A stretch of 15,947 nucleotides of DNA from a virus, in the IMG/VR virus record IMGVR_UViG_3300045988_112536, positions 1 through 15,947 of that record; one strand, 5' to 3'. Shown in pieces: positions 6,772 to 11,945 of the stretch (positions are counted from its first letter, which is position 1; every line of letters begins with the position of its first letter). A program made the position numbers and the translations under genes. The notes under the pieces were generated by a model. The model did not search any database. It had not been told where the DNA came from and saw only the letters and a program-made list of their open reading frames with translations.

Positions 6772-7920
6772 CTACCTACCTTTCCCTAAAAATGATTTTA
6801 AATAATATATAAAAGGTGTTTTTCTAGCGCTTGGAATAGGCGCTACACCAGATATATTGATTGTACATTCTTGGTAAATATTTGTATCACTTAATACAAA
6901 AAAACGAATAATTACACGTCGCAATGCTGTAGCGTTTACTTTGATATAGCAATAACCTCTTTCTTTTTTAACAAGTTCCACACCGTTCGGCACATCAACA
7001 CCCCAATCATAAGTAGATCTTACATTAAACCTAACTACAGTCCCAACATTTGCTTGCTGACTGTAGGGTGTAACGTTAATTTCCGGTGCGGGTGGCGCGG
7101 GTCTGTTTATGCCAATCTGGCATTGTGCTGTAACGCTCTGGCTATCAAGCAACCAAAAGTTTACAACGCTTGTAACTTGCGCACCGTTTGCATTTCCGCT
7201 AACAATCAACGCATTATCTTCTTTTGTTGCTGTTAAATACTGACCGATGTTATAAGTCCATTCCGAGTTAGCATTAACAGTAATTCTAATGTTTTCCCCA
7301 TCTACTATACTAGCACTAATAGGGTCTATTGTCAGCACTTTTATTTCCGGCGGTAGATTACCATGCATATCATCATAGACAGACATACTGCAATTATAGC
7401 GGTACTCTTGCACGTCTTCTCCTTGTAAAGTTGGGTTTTCAAAATTTTTTAGAACGTAAGTACTTGCCGCCCGCATATCTGTAGCATTTTGCAAAACTTC
7501 GAGCGTATTTGCGAATGAAGTTTGTAACTCATAACTCAAGTAATAGACGGCTAACTCAACGCTACCGATACTACCATAACCACCGTTTTTCCAAGCATCA
7601 TAATATCCGGCTTTTCGCGTGTACCAAGTCCATTGTGCTAAACCGTAACCTTTGTGATCTCTGTCTCCATCAAGTCCGCTGTTAATAAATTGATCTCTGG
7701 TTATAATACCACTATCGACATTATTAGTATAAATACGACTCCTGTTAAAAAAATTTGTACTGTTGTTATCATTTTCACATCTGTATGGTACAATTCCACT
7801 TTCCGCCCACAAGTTACCAAGCAAAGCCGCCAACCCTATTTCGTTGTTAATTAAATTATACAACCCGTTCCAAACTGCTCTTGTATAACCGTAGTTTACA
7901 TAATCTGATTCCGTATTCAT
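6772..7920 (-). CDS. Peptidoglycan hydrolase with phage tail-lysozyme-type N-terminal domain and two beta-rich (Ig/cell-wall-binding-like) C-terminal repeats
   Basis: LLGNLWAESG ... GYGLAQWTWYTRK matches the phage tail lysozyme pattern (catalytic E in the ESG context, GLAQWT). ATG 7920 overlaps the ATPase TGA stop (TGATG coupling). Two ~80-aa beta-rich repeats are separated by RPAPPAPE. It could be the tail-associated lysin (phi29 gp13 role) or the endolysin. Confidence 0.75.
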   Translation of the reverse strand: MNTESDYVNYGYTRAVWNGLYNLINNEIGLAALLGNLWAESGIVPYRCENDNNSTNFFNRSRIYTNNVDSGIITRDQFINSGLDGDRDHKGYGLAQWTWYTRKAGYYDAWKNGGYGSIGSVELAVYYLSYELQTSFANTLEVLQNATDMRAASTYVLKNFENPTLQGEDVQEYRYNCSMSVYDDMHGNLPPEIKVLTIDPISASIVDGENIRITVNANSEWTYNIGQYLTATKEDNALIVSGNANGAQVTSVVNFWLLDSQSVTAQCQIGINRPAPPAPEINVTPYSQQANVGTVVRFNVRSTYDWGVDVPNGVELVKKERGYCYIKVNATALRRVIIRFFVLSDTNIYQECTINISGVAPIPSARKTPFIYYLKSFLGKGR

Positions 7921-8972
7921 CACATTAACCTCACACTAAGTATATCAAGTACAATATCCTTACACTTTAAATCCTTAAATCTTAACAATCCTAAGTCATA
8001 AGACCGTTTAAGATAGTCGTAGATAAAAGTCTGACTACTCAACATCAAAGTATCGGCGTCATGACTGCTCGCGTCAAACGTAAAGCGATATTTACAACTA
8101 TTGTCAACAGTTCTGTCAATATACACAATACCTTTTTCTGGGTATTCTCTGACCGCATAATTATCTTTTCCACAAACTAGCGTAAATATATAACGGCTGT
8201 TTCCGCTAATACTTTCCACAAAAGCGCTTGCATCACATAGATATACACCATCGGCGCTACTCTTCTGATACTGGCTATTTTTAAACACTTTTGCAAATTT
8301 GCTTTCATTCATAGCATTTTGTGCGTCTTTGTTAATAACAAATTGTGCAACCCATCCATGCCCACGCAAAAAATTAGTGTTATCCCTTAACCTTTTGTGT
8401 ATTCCAAAATATATAAAATACGGATTTAAAAGTGTTACATAATTTGCCATTAAATAAGTTGGTACTTCTCGTACCTGTTTCCCTTTACCTCTACAGATCG
8501 TTCTCAACGTACTTTCAAACTTTGTTATCTCATTTTTTAAATATCCATTATTTTCAAGCACAAATTCATCAAAAACGATCAAACTAACGTCTTTAAACAT
8601 TGGGCTGTACTTTTTGAGTTTATCGGTATTATTAAAATATACCGCGTATCCAAGTAGCACAACGTTATCATCTTTATCATGTAGCATCATTGCACTGATT
8701 AGTCCTTTTACAATGCTTTTATTAGTCACAACTTTTCCATACTCGGGGTAAATGTCCAGTACATCTTCATACATTTTTCCACTGCTCGATATTTCATCCT
8801 GTGTTCTGTATAAAAAAACAACTTGCTTATCATTCTGCACATTTTTTAAAGATTCAATCAAAAGCGCTGTAGTCTTTCCGGCGCTACGATTTCCGATAAT
8901 CATTCTTAAAATCGGTTCTTCGTTATCCAAGTCTTTTACATTTTTTATACTATCAAGATTGTAATAAGACAT
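7920..8972 (-). CDS. DNA encapsidation (packaging) ATPase, phi29 gp16-like, 350 aa
   Basis: Walker A is IIGNRSAGKTT and Walker B is LIVFDEF. LLNPYFIYFGI parallels phi29 VVNPYFLFFNL, GIVYIDRT parallels GLMYIDTA, and C-terminal LLRFKD parallels YLRFDN. ATG 8972 is preceded by GGGGGAAA. Confidence 0.9.
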   Translation of the reverse strand: MSYYNLDSIKNVKDLDNEEPILRMIIGNRSAGKTTALLIESLKNVQNDKQVVFLYRTQDEISSSGKMYEDVLDIYPEYGKVVTNKSIVKGLISAMMLHDKDDNVVLLGYAVYFNNTDKLKKYSPMFKDVSLIVFDEFVLENNGYLKNEITKFESTLRTICRGKGKQVREVPTYLMANYVTLLNPYFIYFGIHKRLRDNTNFLRGHGWVAQFVINKDAQNAMNESKFAKVFKNSQYQKSSADGVYLCDASAFVESISGNSRYIFTLVCGKDNYAVREYPEKGIVYIDRTVDNSCKYRFTFDASSHDADTLMLSSQTFIYDYLKRSYDLGLLRFKDLKCKDIVLDILSVRLM

Positions 8973-8987
8973 TACGTTTCCCCCAAA

Positions 8988-9056
8988 CTAGCACGGCGGG
9001 AATCGAACCGCGCTATAAAGTCAAAATCTACTGTTCTCCCTCTGAACTACGCGCCA
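8988..9056 (-). tRNA. tRNA-Gln(UUG)-like gene with a non-canonical variable/T region
   Basis: Manual fold of the minus-strand sequence. Acceptor stem is UGGCGCG / CGUGCUA (7 bp, 2 G-U). U8A9 follows, then D stem GUUC/GAAC with loop AGAGGGA. Anticodon stem is GUAGA/UUUAU with loop UU-UUG-AC. T loop is UUCGAUU and the discriminator is G. U1-A72 plus G73 fits bacterial tRNA-Gln identity. Only 19 nt lie between the anticodon stem and the acceptor 3' strand, so the T stem needs a bulged C or a 4-bp/8-nt-loop form. No CCA is encoded. Confidence 0.55.
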
Positions 9057-9060
9057 ATAA

Positions 9061-9076
9061 TGTTTCACGTGAAACA
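9061..9076. repeat. Palindrome copy 2 (TGTTTCACGTGAAACA, perfect 16-mer)
   Basis: It lies between the holin stop codon (9081-9083) and the tRNA 5' end (9056). Confidence 0.9.
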
Positions 9077-9080
9077 CTTC

Positions 9081-9410
9081 TTATTTTTTCGGTGCTTTCT
9101 CCAAGATTTCTCTAATCTTTTCCGGCACTAAGCTTTTATTTATCCGGCTTACATTTTCCAAAATACTGCCGATTTCCATTAAAATAATATAAACGCAAAT
9201 ACTCTCGAGCACCGGAACGCTAAAGCCCATATCAAGAAAACTCTGCCCGTAGTCAATCAAAAACCCAACAGCCACAATGACGATTTCGCCGAACTTGTTA
9301 AAAAGTCCGTCACGCATCACACTGCTGTTAAAATTACTTTTTTTAACTGCCATAACAATTCCGGTAATAAAATCAAGCGCAATAAACAACATTACAATTA
9401 CAATAGTCAT
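9081..9410 (-). CDS. Holin (phage_holin_4_1 / TcdE-like family), 109 aa from ATG 9410
   Basis: ATG 9410 is preceded by AAAGAGGAG; the ORF-track start at 9440 is a non-ATG extension. There are three hydrophobic helices. DFITGIVMAVKK ... ILMEIGSILENV resembles the family pattern D.iTGi..A ... nE.lSIlEN. The C-terminal tail is charged. Confidence 0.85.
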   Translation of the reverse strand: MTIVIVMLFIALDFITGIVMAVKKSNFNSSVMRDGLFNKFGEIVIVAVGFLIDYGQSFLDMGFSVPVLESICVYIILMEIGSILENVSRINKSLVPEKIREILEKAPKK

Positions 9411-9749
9411 TTTTTCTCCTCTTTTCTGCAGCGGTAGCAATTAACAGAATTACCGCCGCATTGATAGTTTTTTAGAGTTTCGCGGTATCGGCTCGCACCA
9501 ACCACGGCGCGGGGCACGGTTTTCCCCGTCGGTTTACGCCCACAAAAACCAATCCGGTACTACTCCACACACTCCAATTACTCGGACATAGGACATTTCG
9601 TAAGGAATTTAGTAATTGAAGTGTGTGCAATAGTACCATATAAATTATGTTTTATGCCATGTACGGCAAGCCATGCCGCTCCATGCCGTACATGCCATAA
9701 ATGCCATTTCTACGCCGTACAATGCCGTGAATGGCATTGCACGGAGATC
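9411..9749 (-). ncRNA. Long structured, locally GC-rich noncoding region; candidate ncRNA (pRNA-like?) and/or late regulatory region
   Basis: No SD-led ORF is present. Hairpins lie at 9428-9459 (9 bp), around 9500-9545 (CGGGG/CCCCG and GGCG/CGCC), 9556-9637 (7 bp + 3x3 internal loop + 17 bp), 9654-9698 (11+3 bp) and 9715-9744 (12 bp). Three stems each contain one position that is G-U on the minus-sense RNA but A-C on the plus-sense RNA. Confidence 0.4.
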
Positions 9750-10148
9750 TTACCGATTAAACGGATTGTACGGCTCTGCCGGAACAAGCTTTGAAATGTC
9801 AATGCCCTTGAGGTATGCGCTCTGGTACTTCTTGCCCTTGTACTTACCCTCAACAACCTTGAACGCAATTTCTACTTCGGAATCAGCACCGATCTCTTCC
9901 GCCTTAATTGCTGTCTCGTCGTCCGGTTTCTGTTCAACGCCGTCAAGATAAATGGGAAAGTCGAACTGGGTGTGTGCCTTTACAAGCTTTGTGCCGTCAT
10001 CGGAAATCTTTACCGGACAGTCAATCTCTGTGTTAAGACCAGCTTTTTCGATCAGCGCCGCCGCGGCGTCGTCTGTGATCGCTACCATAATGGAAAACTT
10101 TCCGTCGTTGGAAAATGCGGAATATACTTTACCTGTTGCGTATAACAT
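9750..10148 (-). CDS. Early protein, possibly an ssDNA-binding (OB-fold, DUF2815-like) protein, 132 aa from ATG 10148
   Basis: ATG 10148 is preceded by AAAGGAG. The N-terminal ATGKVYSAFSNDGKFSIMV pattern, its size and its place in the replication module are compatible with a phage SSB (phi29 p5 is of similar size). The functional call is weak. Confidence 0.5.
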   Translation of the reverse strand: MLYATGKVYSAFSNDGKFSIMVAITDDAAAALIEKAGLNTEIDCPVKISDDGTKLVKAHTQFDFPIYLDGVEQKPDDETAIKAEEIGADSEVEIAFKVVEGKYKGKKYQSAYLKGIDISKLVPAEPYNPFNR

Positions 10149-10201
10149 AATTTTTTTCTCCTTTTCTGATTTGAATTTGATTGATGTGTAATAACGCAAG
10201 C

Positions 10202-10219
10202 ATGTTTCACGTGAAACAT
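10202..10219. repeat. Palindrome copy 3 (ATGTTTCACGTGAAACAT, perfect 18-mer)
   Basis: It is intergenic, 25 nt after the stop codon of the 93-aa gene and 53 nt before ATG 10148. Confidence 0.9.
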
Positions 10220-10244
10220 TTTAAAGTGTTGCTTGCTGTGATCT

Positions 10245-10526
10245 CTACTTCTTTGACGCTTTGTAGGCATCATACTCTTCTGCTGTCATTGAATTCTCAA
10301 TGAACGTAGACAACGGCATAAAGCGGGTTTCCTCTTTACGGGCAACCTCAATCAGATTACCCTTTGCAATACCGAAAGACGCTAAAATCTCGTCTCTCTC
10401 CGCCGCTGTAGTAATTTCATGATCCCATTCTACATGGTCTCCCATTTTAATACCATCTTCTGGCGATACCGTCATAATCTGGTATAATACTTTTGTTGGG
10501 ATAGTTCTGGAAATTACCTTTTCCAT
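10245..10526 (-). CDS. Hypothetical early protein, 93 aa
   Basis: ATG 10526 is preceded by AAGAGAGGAAA. I recognise no motif. Confidence 0.75.
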   Translation of the reverse strand: MEKVISRTIPTKVLYQIMTVSPEDGIKMGDHVEWDHEITTAAERDEILASFGIAKGNLIEVARKEETRFMPLSTFIENSMTAEEYDAYKASKK

Positions 10527-10621
10527 TTTTTGTTTCCTCTCTTTCTTTAAATAATGTAGCGAAACTGAGTAGCTTATTATAGCTTGCCATCGTCAGACTG
10601 TAAGTTGCTATCTTTTCAGTG

Positions 10622-10642
10622 ACGGGAGAGTGTTTCTCCCGT
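10622..10642 (-). other. 8-bp GC-rich stem-loop after the 87-aa gene
   Basis: ACGGGAGA / TCTCCCGT with a 5-nt loop, starting 8 nt after the stop codon at 10650. No U-tract follows on the minus-sense RNA. A weak promoter-like TTACAG-16-TATAAT lies downstream of it. Confidence 0.3.
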
Positions 10643-10649
10643 TTCGGCT

Positions 10650-10913
10650 TTATCTGAAAAATTCTGTTTTATGAAATTCCCTGTCTACATAGAAATTAAT
10701 ATAACCAACTTCTTCCGCTTCTACTAAACGTCCAAGATCTTTGTTCGCTCTTCTTGTAACTCTGATAACATCGTATACTTCTGTATTCGGTTCTTCAAAC
10801 GATGAGTAAATACGGTCTAAGTAATATGTGTGAGTTGAATTTCTATAACACGTTTCGCTTTTTTCAACTGCTTGCGTAAGCTTGTACTGGGTATCTGTTG
10901 ATATTCTTACCAT
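10650..10913 (-). CDS. Hypothetical early protein, 87 aa
   Basis: ATG 10913 is preceded by AAGTGAGGAAA and sits downstream of the promoter at 10966-10994. Confidence 0.75.
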   Translation of the reverse strand: MVRISTDTQYKLTQAVEKSETCYRNSTHTYYLDRIYSSFEEPNTEVYDVIRVTRRANKDLGRLVEAEEVGYINFYVDREFHKTEFFR

Positions 10914-10965
10914 TGCGCTTTCCTCACTTTCTTGTGCTTTGTTATTTGTTTTTTCTTACATGATT

Positions 10966-10994
10966 ATAATATCATGTTTGGTCTATTTTGTCAA
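10966..10994 (-). promoter_or_regulatory. Sigma-A-type promoter (TTGACA-17-TATTAT with TG extension)
   Basis: On the minus strand, -35 TTGACA is at 10994-10989, the spacer is 17 nt, and -10 TATTAT is at 10971-10966 preceded by TGa. It overlaps the stop codon of the 58-aa ORF. Confidence 0.75.
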
Positions 10995-11167
10995 GCTAAA
11001 ATTATATAATTACTAGCAAAATGTTTCACTTCTGATTTTGCGTATTTTACTACTAATGTTATAAGCTCTTTGCTTAATTCAATGCATTTTCCGTGTGCAT
11101 TAAATATACAGATTTTTTCATCCCCTATCCACGTGTCATTGGCGTCGTAAAGTTCTGATACTGTCAT
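10991..11167 (-). CDS. Small hypothetical early protein, 58 aa (not in the ORF track)
   Basis: ATG 11167 is preceded by AAGAGGGGAAA directly after the stop codon of the 69-aa gene. My translation is MTVSELYDANDTWIGDEKICIFNAHGKCIELSKELITLVVKYAKSEVKHFASNYIILA. Confidence 0.6.
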   Translation of the reverse strand: MTVSELYDANDTWIGDEKICIFNAHGKCIELSKELITLVVKYAKSEVKHFASNYIILA

Positions 11168-11184
11168 GTTGTTTCCCCTCTTTC

Positions 11185-11394
11185 TTAAAATTCCATGAAG
11201 CTTGCTAATCTCGATTTATTCAGTGCAATACTATCATCTATTAACTGATTAACAACATTCAATACATTTTCCATTTTAGCGTAAGGAAATGCACCGCCAA
11301 TATAGAAAAATATTGACCCACCAAAAGGGCTTAAATTATTTTCTTTCATGTGTCTTTTTGTAAAATCGTAAATTTCTTTTTCTTTCTTTGTCAT
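11185..11394 (-). CDS. Hypothetical early protein, 69 aa
   Basis: ATG 11394 is preceded by AAGTGAGGAAA and sits downstream of the promoter at 11450-11477. Confidence 0.75.
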   Translation of the reverse strand: MTKKEKEIYDFTKRHMKENNLSPFGGSIFFYIGGAFPYAKMENVLNVVNQLIDDSIALNKSRLASFMEF

Positions 11395-11449
11395 TGTGTT
11401 TCCTCACTTTCTGCTTGTTTTATTGTTTTGTAACTTCCTTACATTATCT

Positions 11450-11477
11450 ATTATACGCTTATTGCCGGAAATGTCAA
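11450..11477 (-). promoter_or_regulatory. Sigma-A-type promoter (TTGACA-16-TATAAT)
   Basis: On the minus strand, -35 is at 11477-11472 and -10 at 11455-11450. It is followed by the conserved leader AGATAATGTAAGGAA...CAGAAAGTGAGGAAA. Confidence 0.75.
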
Positions 11478-11537
11478 GAAGTTTTTTCTAAAATTTTAAA
11501 CAATTTAAAATTGTTTCTTTTATCTCAAGGTTAGCAT

Positions 11538-11678
11538 CTATAACTTCTGGGTTGATAATCCAAGTCCTTCTAATAAATTACATAACCATAGTCCGTTATA
11601 AATCATGTGCAAACTAATTTTATCATCAACCACCATTTTCAGCACTGCATACACAGCTTCTTCTTTGCTTATTTTCAT
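11538..11678 (-). CDS. Small hypothetical early protein, 46 aa (not in the ORF track)
   Basis: ATG 11678 is preceded by TGGAGGT 9 nt upstream. My translation is MKISKEEAVYAVLKMVVDDKISLHMIYNGLWLCNLLEGLGLSTQKL. Confidence 0.5.
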   Translation of the reverse strand: MKISKEEAVYAVLKMVVDDKISLHMIYNGLWLCNLLEGLGLSTQKL

Positions 11679-11693
11679 ACTATTGTACCTCCA

Positions 11694-11868
11694 TTATTTC
11701 CACTCAACTGGAATTTTAATAATTTTCCATCCGCCGTATGCTTTTGTTGTGTCCAGATATTTAATAGGCAATCGCGCCACATTTCCAAAATCTTCTAATA
11801 CATATCTGTAGTTTTTGGTGTCAACTGTACCATTCTTTTTTTACCTTTTCATAAAACGATCTTCTCAT
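11694..11868 (-). CDS. Small ORF interrupted at an A7 tract (possible +1 frameshift, homopolymer error or pseudogene)
   Basis: ATG 11868 has an excellent SD (AAGTGAGGAAA) and promoter but stops after 15 codons at 11821. The +1 frame stays open from the A7 tract (11836-11842) to TAA at 11694-11696 and has no ATG of its own. Confidence 0.3.
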
Positions 11869-11912
11869 GTTTATTTCCTCACTTTCTTGTACTTTGTTTC
11901 CTTACATTATGT

Positions 11913-11941
11913 ATTATACCTATGGTAGTTATATATGTCAA
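11913..11941 (-). promoter_or_regulatory. Sigma-A-type promoter (TTGACA-17-TATAAT)
   Basis: On the minus strand, -35 is at 11941-11936 and -10 at 11918-11913, immediately after the polymerase stop codon. It is followed by the leader ACATAATGTAAGGAA...CAAGAAAGTGAGGAAA. Confidence 0.8.
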
Positions 11942-11945
11942 GCAT

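Noticed and set aside
8988-9056. Idea that the tRNA is a suppressor tied to stop-codon recoding
   Set aside because: The anticodon reads UUG (sense codon CAA). All large genes are open in the standard code with no in-frame stop codons needing suppression.
9673-9951. Plus-strand ORF starting in the structured noncoding region and running antisense into the SSB-like gene
   Set aside because: It has no SD and lies on the wrong strand relative to all transcription signals. The region is better explained by RNA and repeat structure.
10082-10273. Minus-strand 63-aa ORF containing MFHVKH, read through palindrome copy 3
   Set aside because: It overlaps two SD-led genes out of frame. The MFHVKH peptide is simply the translation of the palindrome. 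It has no SD.
11498-11516. AT-only hairpin AAACAATTTAAAATTGTTT after the 46-aa ORF as a terminator
   Set aside because: The stem is almost entirely A-T (a single C-G pair) with a tiny loop, so stability is very low. It may be just AT-rich palindromic spacer upstream of the 11477 promoter.
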